The position numbers were made by a program, and so were the translations under genes. The notes below the pieces were generated by a model. It had not been told where the DNA came from. It saw only the letters and a program-made list of their open reading frames with translations, and made no database searches. A DNA stretch of 64,000 bases from an uncultured bacterium (GTDB taxonomy: Bacteria > Patescibacteriota > Minisyncoccia > UBA6257 > GWB1-50-10): the NCBI GenBank assembly GCA_963722655.1, contig CAVRNT010000001.1:98612-162611 (forward strand). The letters run 5' to 3'. Below are positions 9,534-18,180 of this stretch, in pieces (the first letter of the stretch is position 1; every line of letters begins with the position of its first letter).

Positions 9534-10937
9534 TTAATTTTGACAACCCTGGCCATCCGTCGGGTGCTTTCCTCCACTGCACAGCTCCACGTGCAAATTA
9601 CTGCCCGTTGTGGTTTCAAAAGTGGATCCGCCGCACTGGCTGTATTCATTAAGGACGCCTAAACCCTGATTGAAGAAACTTTGCATGACGTTATTGAGGT
9701 AACCGCAATCAAGCGGCGTTTTCGTTAAAACAACATCAGCGCAGGTTCCGATGTTGTGGCAGAGGGAAGCATGAACGACGGTCGGCGGCCAGGCCTCACT
9801 GATTTGCCAGCCGTTATACGGAGACCTGTAAGCTGCTTGCATTTTTATGACTAAACCAGAATTTAACAAACAAAGGCTATCATTGCATGCTCTAAGAGGT
9901 CCCTTGTTCGGCAATCCAGTGCTGGATAGATCCAAACATTGCAGGGCAGAGCAACCGCATTGGCTGTATATCGGATTACAGAAAGCCTTTGGGTCAGAGG
10001 ACGGAGCAATAGCACCCATGGATTGGTTGTGGGGGTAGCAGAGTTCCAGGGACGGGTTTAATCCAATCATACTCGTGCCCGAACTATTCATTTCCTGATA
10101 AGCGTAGATTAAACATCTCGCTCCAACAGCGACAGCACCGCTCGTCGTGGCCGACCCCGGGAAATAGGGGTACTGCCAAATTTCAGATCCGGGATTGATA
10201 ACCACGGTTCCCGACTTGAAATTGAGTAAGTTTACGATATTACCAAGTCCCAAGCTATAGTAATCTTTGTCACTGGTAAGGGTGAGCGTCGAACGCGTAT
10301 AAAATACTCGATTTTGGCAATTCGCCGTGGCCGGGTCGTCTGCACTAGATCCGGAATCGTAGTTACCACCCCCCAGGTAAGTGGTGGGATTGGCCATGCT
10401 GGCATAAGTGGCGTCGGCTGAGAGTGTAGAAGAGTTGTTGGGGTCGGCAGTTTGTGCGTTGAGGGGGATACATTCCGTGATTGGGACAGACACGCCGGAG
10501 CTTGTCGCGACTTGATTGAACCCCACTCCAGGGAGGGTGAGGGTAGTGATTTGCGGGTTGATGGTGTTCAGGATCAAGTAAGAGGCGAGGAGCAACGCCA
10601 CACCGTAGATGGCGGAAAGGATGATATCCCGTGCATCCTCCTGCCCTCCGGCGTTCCCGGCGGAGATCGTGTATTTGACCCCGCCGTAGACGATCATTAG
10701 AAGCGCTAGAATGCCGGAGAGGCCAAGGGCGATTTGGTAGAACGAGTTCAAAAATGTGCCGATGGGATTTGAAGAAGAAGCTGCGTCGGATAATTGTACG
10801 CAATTGCCGAAGCTAGAAGGACACGGGAAATTGAGATTCACGAGCTGGCTGTTGGGTCCGGCGTGGACGAAAGCCACGGGTATAACGAGCGTTAGTACGG
10901 CCAGTGAGCCTATCGCCATTATCTTGTATTTATTCAT
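9534..10937 (-). CDS. TrbC/VirB2-like pilin fused to a Cys-rich extracellular region ending in a putative M15/Hedgehog-DD-peptidase Zn domain
   Basis: Signal peptide; pilin motif GGVKYTISAGN..EDARDIILSAIYG..SYLILNTINP; C-terminal SLCHNIGTCADV (H-x6-D) and NLHVE. Confidence 0.7.
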   Translation of the reverse strand: MNKYKIMAIGSLAVLTLVIPVAFVHAGPNSQLVNLNFPCPSSFGNCVQLSDAASSSNPIGTFLNSFYQIALGLSGILALLMIVYGGVKYTISAGNAGGQEDARDIILSAIYGVALLLASYLILNTINPQITTLTLPGVGFNQVATSSGVSVPITECIPLNAQTADPNNSSTLSADATYASMANPTTYLGGGNYDSGSSADDPATANCQNRVFYTRSTLTLTSDKDYYSLGLGNIVNLLNFKSGTVVINPGSEIWQYPYFPGSATTSGAVAVGARCLIYAYQEMNSSGTSMIGLNPSLELCYPHNQSMGAIAPSSDPKAFCNPIYSQCGCSALQCLDLSSTGLPNKGPLRACNDSLCLLNSGLVIKMQAAYRSPYNGWQISEAWPPTVVHASLCHNIGTCADVVLTKTPLDCGYLNNVMQSFFNQGLGVLNEYSQCGGSTFETTTGSNLHVELCSGGKHPTDGQGCQN

Positions 10938-10944
10938 ATGCCGT

Positions 10945-11646
10945 TTATTGGATATTGAAAATGCTTATCGTTTTGCTGAACTCCAGCGGATTTGCCGTGT
11001 TCTGCGTCGTGAGCGTCACCGGCAGCATCTGCTGGCTGGGCGATTGGGGCGAACCGATCTGAAGCGTGAGCTGGTTTTGGTTGCTCGTCGTGTTTTGGCC
11101 GTTCGTCTGCCAGGTAAACTGCAGCTGATCCAGGGAATCGACGTTGAAGAAATAAGGCCAAGCCGTCAGGGTGACCGTCCCGCCTGCGGGAACGGTCTTG
11201 CCGATTGAAGGATAATCGATGATCGCGAATGGCGCCGAGGCGAGGATGGAAACGGCGTTTTGGAATTGGGCGCCACCCGCCGCTTGGACTTGGACGCGGA
11301 CGGTGATGAGTCCGGACGGGTCGGGGTTGGCCGTGAAGGAGATGCTCTTTAGCCCCGTGCCGCTCTGGACCAGCTGGTCGTTCACGAACCAGCCGATTTG
11401 GGCGCCGCTCAAGTTGATGAGCTTGTTCCCGGCGATCTCCTCGACCGCAGCCATCACCTGCGTCCCGGGCGTGATCATCGCCTTTCCCGGAAAGTCGGCC
11501 GGGAAGTAATTATTGGCCTCCCAGGTGATGACGAGCGGATTGATCGTTTGAGCGTTGGCCGGCCCGACGGAAGCGCCGAAGAGCAGTGTCGCGGTGAGAG
11601 CCCCTAAAAAGGCGCACAGAATTATTTTTTGGAAAATATTTTTCAT
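10945..11646 (-). CDS. Secreted Ig-like/beta-sandwich hypothetical protein
   Basis: Signal peptide (..ANA-Q), two beta-rich segments containing W.VN and W.TN. Confidence 0.65.
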   Translation of the reverse strand: MKNIFQKIILCAFLGALTATLLFGASVGPANAQTINPLVITWEANNYFPADFPGKAMITPGTQVMAAVEEIAGNKLINLSGAQIGWFVNDQLVQSGTGLKSISFTANPDPSGLITVRVQVQAAGGAQFQNAVSILASAPFAIIDYPSIGKTVPAGGTVTLTAWPYFFNVDSLDQLQFTWQTNGQNTTSNQNQLTLQIGSPQSPSQQMLPVTLTTQNTANPLEFSKTISIFNIQ

Positions 11647-11981
11647 TTCGTTACCGGTATTTTTGCCACGACAGCGCTGGCCGCTTTGGGGTGATTGTGA
11701 AGATAGACCTTGATGGCAAAGGTCAGAACCGGTGCGGGGATGAAGGGGATCGCGTCGCCGACGACTTGAACGAGCAGAGAAACGGGCTTACTGGCCGTCG
11801 TATCCCCCTTTTCTTTGAAGAAGAACCAGGTGCCGCCAGTGCAGGCGAAGTTGATGATTGGGGCGATCACGAGACCTATCGCCAGCCCGTCCAGTATGTC
11901 GTTCAGGGTATAAAGGCCCAAAAGGAAGATGACCCAAATCACTACTTCCGCCTCGTTGATTTTTTTGTAATCCCGCGTCAT
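11643..11981 (-). CDS. Small membrane protein in T4SS-like locus
   Basis: Hydrophobic 112-aa ORF translationally coupled (ATGA overlaps) to both neighbours. Confidence 0.7.
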   Translation of the reverse strand: MTRDYKKINEAEVVIWVIFLLGLYTLNDILDGLAIGLVIAPIINFACTGGTWFFFKEKGDTTASKPVSLLVQVVGDAIPFIPAPVLTFAIKVYLHNHPKAASAVVAKIPVTK

Positions 11982-13738
11982 TTTTCTTGTAATCCTTTTA
12001 TCTCGAGCATCTGCTCCGGATTCGTCGTGATGATCTGGTCCTCGGTGTAGGAGGCGATGATTTTGATCGCAACGTGCTTCAGCCCCGCGAAGAAGAGTCC
12101 CTCGCCGACCGCGGCCTCCAAAAGGAAGGCCTTCTCGCCCTCGGTGAGGCCGAAGGCCTTGGCGACGGCCTCGATGCTCGTCGGGGACTGTTTTAATAGT
12201 AGCTGAAGCGATGAGTTGGAGATGATCGGCGCGCCGTATTCCGACTTAATGAAGTCGTCCACGTCCTGGGTGATGGTCGTGACGCCGAGGAAGTACTTGC
12301 GGGCGCGCTTCACGAGCCCGAAGAGGAAGGAAGCACTGTCCTTGTATTTCATCATCCACCAGGCCTCGTCGATCACGAGCATCCGCTGTTTCAAAGACGA
12401 CCGGATGAGGTTCCAGACGAAGTTCAATACGATGTACATCGCGATCGGCCGGAGCTCTTCCTCGAGATCGCGGATTGAGAAGACGATGAGGCGGTTCTTG
12501 ATATCCACGTTCGTTGGGGCGTTCGTGAAGCCGGAGTAGGAGCCGTTCACGTATTTATCCAAACGCGCCGCCATTCCCCGGCCGCCCTCGCTGCTTTGGA
12601 GGACGGTCTGAAGATCGCCGAGGAGGGGCGGATTCAGTTCTTTGAGCGAACCGAAGTTATCGGCCGTGATGTCGCGGGAGGCGTAGGTCTCGGTGATCGC
12701 CCGGTCGAGCATCGCCTCCTCCTCCGGCGTGATCTTGCCGAGCATCAGCTTCACTAATCCGGTGAGGTTCAGGATATGCGACTTAAAGACGTCGGCCGGC
12801 TCCTCTCCCTCGGGGATGATCGGGATGTCGAACGGGTTCACGTGGCTTTCGGAAGTGAGGGAGATCTTGAAATAGCTGCCGCCGATCGCGTTCGCGAGGT
12901 TCTGGTACTCGTTCTCCGGATCGATGACGAGGACGTCCGTGCCCATCATCATCGAGCGGAGTATTTGGAGCTTGGTGGCGTAGGACTTGCCCGAACCGGA
13001 TTTGGCAAAGACAACCATATTGGCGTTCTCGAGCGAGAACCGGTCGAAGATGATGAGCCCGTTGTTATTCAAATTAATGCCGTACATCGTGCCAGTCTCA
13101 GAAGAGAGGTCCGGCGAGACGAAGGGGAAAAGCGACGAGGCCGGACCGGTGTTTAGGGGCGTCCGCAAGGCGAGTTTGTCCTCCCCGAGGGGCAGAACGG
13201 AGGTCAATCCTTCGGTTTGGCGGAAAAGCGCCGGTTTGGCGTAGACCAGCTTGCTTTCCAGGGCGTTCACGACAGTCTCCTCAAGAGTCTTGAGGTCCTC
13301 TTGGGTCGAGGCGTAGAGGGTGATGTAAACCCCGACTTCGAAAAGCCGCTCCCGCGCCTGCTGAAGGGAGTCCCGGAGGGTCTCTACGTCCTCGTGGGCG
13401 GTCTCAAGGACCGGGTCGCGGACGATGCCCTTCGCCTCCTTCTCATTCATCTCGGCCTCGATCTGGGCCACCTTCTTCCGCAGGTTCCGAAGGGCGAGCG
13501 CCGTGTCCATCGGATGCATGAAGATCGAGATGTCGATCATCGCTGGCAAATTTATAATGGACGAGAACCAACCGCTCGTGACGAATCGCGGATAGGTGAA
13601 GATGAAGATTGTCTTCGTGAAGTAATCGCCGATCTTCAAATAGTTGCTCCCCACCTCTAATCCGGCGGGGGCGATGATGTTCGGCAGGTCCTCTTCGCCC
13701 GGCTTGTAGGCCTTGGGTATTTTGATCTCGTCGCTCAT
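11978..13738 (-). CDS. VirB4/TraC-like type IV secretion ATPase
   Basis: Walker A AKSGSGKS, VIDPENEY, Walker B LVIDEAW, RARKY, TITQDV; next to PrgI and VirB6-like genes. Confidence 0.9.
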   Translation of the reverse strand: MSDEIKIPKAYKPGEEDLPNIIAPAGLEVGSNYLKIGDYFTKTIFIFTYPRFVTSGWFSSIINLPAMIDISIFMHPMDTALALRNLRKKVAQIEAEMNEKEAKGIVRDPVLETAHEDVETLRDSLQQARERLFEVGVYITLYASTQEDLKTLEETVVNALESKLVYAKPALFRQTEGLTSVLPLGEDKLALRTPLNTGPASSLFPFVSPDLSSETGTMYGINLNNNGLIIFDRFSLENANMVVFAKSGSGKSYATKLQILRSMMMGTDVLVIDPENEYQNLANAIGGSYFKISLTSESHVNPFDIPIIPEGEEPADVFKSHILNLTGLVKLMLGKITPEEEAMLDRAITETYASRDITADNFGSLKELNPPLLGDLQTVLQSSEGGRGMAARLDKYVNGSYSGFTNAPTNVDIKNRLIVFSIRDLEEELRPIAMYIVLNFVWNLIRSSLKQRMLVIDEAWWMMKYKDSASFLFGLVKRARKYFLGVTTITQDVDDFIKSEYGAPIISNSSLQLLLKQSPTSIEAVAKAFGLTEGEKAFLLEAAVGEGLFFAGLKHVAIKIIASYTEDQIITTNPEQMLEIKGLQEK

Positions 13739-14385
13739 TGGGTTATCACCTCTTTCTTTTCGACCAGCTGCGGGTTGTAGAGATTGTAGAAAAGTTCCAC
13801 GAGGTCATCGTCCTCCAAAGGCACTGCCCGGAGGCCGATCTGATTCAAGCCGGTGATGACCTGCTCGGTGCGGCGGCGGAGCTGTTCCAAGTTCTCTTGG
13901 AGCGAGGCCTCTTCCGCGGCCTTCGCGGCCGATTTACCTCCCGAAAAGAGCGAGAGCAGCCCCTTGGAGCCGCCGCCGGGGACGACCACCGGGTCGTAAG
14001 GCACAACGGCGAAGAAAGTCTTCGTAATAATGGCGTTCTGTTCAACGAAGTTCCGGATGAAGTTGACATACTCGTCAATCTGGATCTTCAAGAGCTCGTT
14101 CGTTTCCTCGGCCTTGCGCGCCTCCATCAGCTTCAGGTATTTTTCCACGTTCACCTTCCGCGAGTGGATGAAGAACTGAACGGCGAAATCCAGTGCGTTC
14201 AGGAAATTTTGGAAGCCGCCGAGGATAAGGTTCTGCTCCTCCTCGGATTTGAGCTCGAAGTTGACCCCGCCGACGATGAGGACCTGCCGGAGGGATTTGT
14301 TCTTGAGGTAGACGACGCCGTCCTTGATGGATTTCACCTCCACGAACTCCTGCGACGGTTTGGTTGGCTGTTGTTTCTCCGCCAT
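13735..14385 (-). CDS. TraC-family/VirB4 N-terminal-like accessory protein
   Basis: NFELKSEEEQ..FQNFLNALDF.VQF..SR motif typical of the ORF preceding monoderm-type VirB4. Confidence 0.75.
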   Translation of the reverse strand: MAEKQQPTKPSQEFVEVKSIKDGVVYLKNKSLRQVLIVGGVNFELKSEEEQNLILGGFQNFLNALDFAVQFFIHSRKVNVEKYLKLMEARKAEETNELLKIQIDEYVNFIRNFVEQNAIITKTFFAVVPYDPVVVPGGGSKGLLSLFSGGKSAAKAAEEASLQENLEQLRRRTEQVITGLNQIGLRAVPLEDDDLVELFYNLYNPQLVEKKEVITQ

Positions 14386-14399
14386 TTTATCTTATTTTA

Positions 14400-14891
14400 T
14401 CAGTAATCTATCCTTTTTGCTTGCTTGCGCTCGCCCGTGAGATAGACGACCGTCTCGTATCCCTGCTCCTCGCCCTTTTGCGCCTTCAGCGCAAAGAACT
14501 TACCGGTCGTGATGTTCAAAGCGACGTTCTTGAGCCGTTCCTCCAGGCCCATCTTGTGCCGGAGGTTCTCGATGTCCGTCAACTTGTTCAGGTCGATCGT
14601 GGTCGTCGGGTTGATCCTTTGCCAGGTGTAGACCCGGGGTTGCCAGAAATAAGTGAGTGCCGAGGTAACAATCTTCGGGAACTCCTGGCCGTTGATCTTC
14701 AAAAAAGCGAAAGCGAGGCCGATCATGCCGACGATCACCGTCACAATGACGGCGAAGAAGAGATTGAAGATTTGGAAGGAGATGTAGCCCAGAAGGGCCG
14801 CCCCGCCCACGTAGAAGAACTGTTGGAGAGTGAGGAAGCCGACGATCTTCGGCTTCTGTTCTATGAATTGTGGAATTTGGAAATTAGCCAT
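14400..14891 (-). CDS. PrgI family (VirB3-like) membrane protein
   Basis: FQIPQFIE..PKIVGFLTLQQF, two TMs, KINGQ.F. Confidence 0.85.
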   Translation of the reverse strand: MANFQIPQFIEQKPKIVGFLTLQQFFYVGGAALLGYISFQIFNLFFAVIVTVIVGMIGLAFAFLKINGQEFPKIVTSALTYFWQPRVYTWQRINPTTTIDLNKLTDIENLRHKMGLEERLKNVALNITTGKFFALKAQKGEEQGYETVVYLTGERKQAKRIDY

Positions 14892-16305
14892 TGCTCAAGT
14901 CGACGGTGTTGCCTTCGATTTTCGGCTCCGGCTTTTTGATGGCGCCGAGTATCGCCGGCGTTGCCACCCCCGCGGGAGACGTTTGTGGATCGGAGGACGC
15001 GACCATCGGCTTCACCGCGGTCGGCGCCGCGAACGTCTTTTCCGGCATGTTCTCCGCCTTAGGTTTGATGGTCATGGCCGGCTTTCCCATCGTTTCGGAG
15101 AGCGTTCCTGCGGCCGCCGGTATCGGCATTTCTTCCGGAAGCGGTTTTACCTCACCAACGTTCAGAAAAGCTGGTTCCTCCAAGGCACCGAGGGGCGTGC
15201 GGGTCTCGCTATAATGTACGACCCGTTTCTCTTCCGATTTGATCCCCGGTATCTCCAATTTCGCGAAGGCCGACCTCGGTTCCCCGGTCGCCGGTCTCTT
15301 CTTGAGGAAGAATCCACCGAGGGGCGCGGTAACGCTCCGGAAGACGGACTTCTGGGAAGCGATGTTCCCCTCCGGCACAATCTCTTCGTGGAGAATGAAC
15401 GGCGTCTCCGTTTTTTGTTCCTTGAGCGTGACGGACGACGTTTCTACTGGGATCGATTCTTCTTCCTCGGCACCGCCGATGTTCTCCAAAGAAACTACTC
15501 TTTCAGCCGTCGGCTTTATTTCACCCATAGGTTCATAGATGGAACTAATTGAACCGGTCAGACCACCGACGATGCCGGCTTCGATATCGGATGCTATTTC
15601 ATCGCATATCCTTTGGTCGATGCCAAGTTTCTCTTGCAAGGTCTTAAGCAGGTCGTCGGGGTGAACGAAACCTAAGATCACTTGCCCTACCACTGCTGCC
15701 ACTTGACTGGTTTTGTCATCGCTCAGATGGTGGTTAATGCACGTTCTATATGTGGTTTCCGCTCCCTCGTACGAATACATCGCGCGCCGGAGGTTGTCCG
15801 GAATAAAACGGTACCTTTTGAGGGTTTTCTCGAGATTGCTGTCACCGAGGGATTTCGGGTAAAGTCCGATATCCTGGCCGGGTGCCGCGATGACGAAATT
15901 GTAAATTGACTGTCTTTGCGTTTTGAGCCACCCCAACTTGCTGTTGTCCGTTTGACCGGGAATAGATCGCCAGAAAAGCCTTTCGAACCTGTCTTGGGAA
16001 TCCGGCGACAGGTTTTGTAGCACGATGCTAAATGCCTTGCCGTTCGCGCTGTTCAGAACCGCTCGCACGAGCGCCGGCTGGGCGTTCTTCGTCCAATCAT
16101 CATCACTTAGATCGCCCAAGACCATTGGGAGGCCGGAGAAAACGCCCTCCCAATAGACCGCTTCCCAATCCTCTAATGAAAAACCGCTTAGCAAACTCTC
16201 CAAGCCCCGCTCGGCTGCTGTAAACTGTTTCTTTTGGAGTGGTGCCCAAATAGACTCGTCCCAAGTCGGGAGCACACTCAATATTGTTTGAATATCTTCT
16301 TCCAT
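14884..16305 (-). CDS. Hypothetical protein upstream of prgI (helical core domain plus Pro/Glu-rich disordered tail)
   Basis: 473-aa ORF; IPDNLRRAMYS..GQVILGFVHP..L.EKLGI..IA..I core; tail ending GNTVDLS; overlaps the prgI start. Confidence 0.7.
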   Translation of the reverse strand: MEEDIQTILSVLPTWDESIWAPLQKKQFTAAERGLESLLSGFSLEDWEAVYWEGVFSGLPMVLGDLSDDDWTKNAQPALVRAVLNSANGKAFSIVLQNLSPDSQDRFERLFWRSIPGQTDNSKLGWLKTQRQSIYNFVIAAPGQDIGLYPKSLGDSNLEKTLKRYRFIPDNLRRAMYSYEGAETTYRTCINHHLSDDKTSQVAAVVGQVILGFVHPDDLLKTLQEKLGIDQRICDEIASDIEAGIVGGLTGSISSIYEPMGEIKPTAERVVSLENIGGAEEEESIPVETSSVTLKEQKTETPFILHEEIVPEGNIASQKSVFRSVTAPLGGFFLKKRPATGEPRSAFAKLEIPGIKSEEKRVVHYSETRTPLGALEEPAFLNVGEVKPLPEEMPIPAAAGTLSETMGKPAMTIKPKAENMPEKTFAAPTAVKPMVASSDPQTSPAGVATPAILGAIKKPEPKIEGNTVDLSNG

Positions 16306-16310
16306 AACCG

Positions 16311-18167
16311 TTATTTTTTACCGCCACCCCCTCTGCCACCGCTGGGTGGTTTCGGTGCGCCGCCTTCCTTTTCTTCCCCCCCATCCTCTTCGTTGATCGC
16401 TTTTATCGCCTCCTCGACCTTCTCCGTTTTGCCTGGCGTGGCGAGGTATTCTTTACCGACCTGACCATAAGCCTTGCCAAGTTTTGTATTCTTGAGTTCA
16501 AAGCCGGCATCTTCGAATGTTTTTCGAGCACTCTTTGGTAATTGAGCCATAATATCTTCCATTGCCGCCGCCGCCTTTAGCGCATCATCGACGTTTTTAT
16601 CGATTTTAACCTTGTTCGCCTTCGCCGCAGCCAGCTCTCTCTCTGCGGCGCTAATTTCCTTAATATCTTTGCCTCGCTCGGCGATCCTAAGATTTTTTTG
16701 GGCAGTATCCACGGCATCGCCCGCATCTTCTTGATTTTTAAGTAGGGGATCTACTGCATCTTTCCGTTTCTTCTTCTCCTTCAGAAGGTCGGAAGCAATA
16801 GCCACACGCTCAGCATTGTTGGCATGAGCGTATCGCTGTGCCTTATCTTTTAGATTCTTCGGCAGTTTTTTGGTGGCATCCGCTATTTGTTTTTCAACTT
16901 TGGCTCGCTGCTCGGCCAAAGCATTGCCGGCTAAACGCACCTGTCCGGTGATCGGGGCAGCGATCGGTTTGAGCCACGACGGAAGATTTTGGCCGAATTT
17001 CTGCATTCCGCCGACAATATTGCGGCCCGCCTGAGTGCGGAGAGGTGCCGTCGCCATTCTGGCCGATGCTTTCCCGGCCCATCCCCTAACTTGTTTGCCT
17101 GTGCTTTTAGCGATATTAATCGCCCCCGCCGCGCCCGCGATGCCCATGCTCTTCGCGGCGATGAGTCCGCCGAGAAGGATACCGGCGAGGACCACCATCT
17201 GGGCGCCCTGGCTGAAGGTCGTCTCGAGGACCGAGCCGACGGAGCCACCCGTTGAGATCTGGGCGGAGCCCAAAAATTGGGCGCCGGTCAGGGCCACGTA
17301 GATGAAAAACGAGACGGCCGGAGCGAAGAAGACCCAGTCCAAGAACTTGCTCCACCATTCGTTGAAGAGCTTATTGAGCGGCGGAAAGACCCAGAAGAGC
17401 CAGACTAGAGGCGCGACGATGAGAAGGAAAGAAAGATACACGTAGCGGATGAGGAGCATTAAGGCGAGTGCGATCATCACGAGTGCAGCGATGGCGGTAA
17501 AGGCCGTCGTGAAGATCAGCCCCGCGATGCTCGTGAGGGCCGCCGCCGTCACCCCGCCCGCGGCGCTACCCTGATCCGCCGGGTTCGGCGGTTCCGGGTT
17601 TTCCGGCGGGAGAAGGAGCTTCTGCGGCGCGAAAGCGTTGTCGATCGCCGAGACCATATCGCCACTCATCTTGCCGTTAAGAAAAACGTTCGTGAGGGAG
17701 TTCGAGAAGGTGATGAAGATGCCGGCGATGGTCAAGCTGAAGTTGACGATGATCGCGGCGCCGATGAGCTTCGGCAATAAGCTCTTGGCGCTGAATCTCT
17801 CGTAGCGGACGATGGTTGCGACCGCGACGATGATCATCATGAGGACGAAGCCAAGGTTCGCCACGTCGCGGGCGATCGTCCAGCCGACGCCGACGAGCGC
17901 GTTGTTCTGGTTCAAAATGTCAGCGTTCAAGTGCATCATCAAGTTCACCAAGAAGCCGCCGAGGATGAAGAGCAGTCCGAAGACGAAGTTCAGGATGAAG
18001 GCCAGGATGCGGAAGACCATCGTGGCGACGCCGGCCGGGCTGAGGTCGAGGAGGCCGAAAAGCGCCGCGTGGGTCGTCTGCGGCATCACCAAAAGCGGTA
18101 GGGCGATCAGGGCGCCGATCAGGGCAATCTTCAAAATTCTTGTCACTTGTTGCTTATTTCCTGTCAC
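16311..18167 (-). CDS. VirB6/TrbL-like polytopic membrane protein with charged C-terminal extension
   Basis: GWTIARDVANL, LPKLIGAAIIVNFS, LLIRYVYL.FL.IVAPL.W, WW..F..W.FFAP; about 8 TMs; Lys/Ala-rich tail. Confidence 0.8.
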   Translation of the reverse strand: MTGNKQQVTRILKIALIGALIALPLLVMPQTTHAALFGLLDLSPAGVATMVFRILAFILNFVFGLLFILGGFLVNLMMHLNADILNQNNALVGVGWTIARDVANLGFVLMMIIVAVATIVRYERFSAKSLLPKLIGAAIIVNFSLTIAGIFITFSNSLTNVFLNGKMSGDMVSAIDNAFAPQKLLLPPENPEPPNPADQGSAAGGVTAAALTSIAGLIFTTAFTAIAALVMIALALMLLIRYVYLSFLLIVAPLVWLFWVFPPLNKLFNEWWSKFLDWVFFAPAVSFFIYVALTGAQFLGSAQISTGGSVGSVLETTFSQGAQMVVLAGILLGGLIAAKSMGIAGAAGAINIAKSTGKQVRGWAGKASARMATAPLRTQAGRNIVGGMQKFGQNLPSWLKPIAAPITGQVRLAGNALAEQRAKVEKQIADATKKLPKNLKDKAQRYAHANNAERVAIASDLLKEKKKRKDAVDPLLKNQEDAGDAVDTAQKNLRIAERGKDIKEISAAERELAAAKANKVKIDKNVDDALKAAAAMEDIMAQLPKSARKTFEDAGFELKNTKLGKAYGQVGKEYLATPGKTEKVEEAIKAINEEDGGEEKEGGAPKPPSGGRGGGGKK

Positions 18168-18170
18168 TTG
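18136..18170. repeat. Degenerate 7-nt tandem tract over the start of the virB6-like gene
   Basis: ATTCTTG TCACTTG TTGCTTA TTTCCTG TCACTTG. Confidence 0.75.
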
Positions 18171-18180
18171 TTTAATTTAC

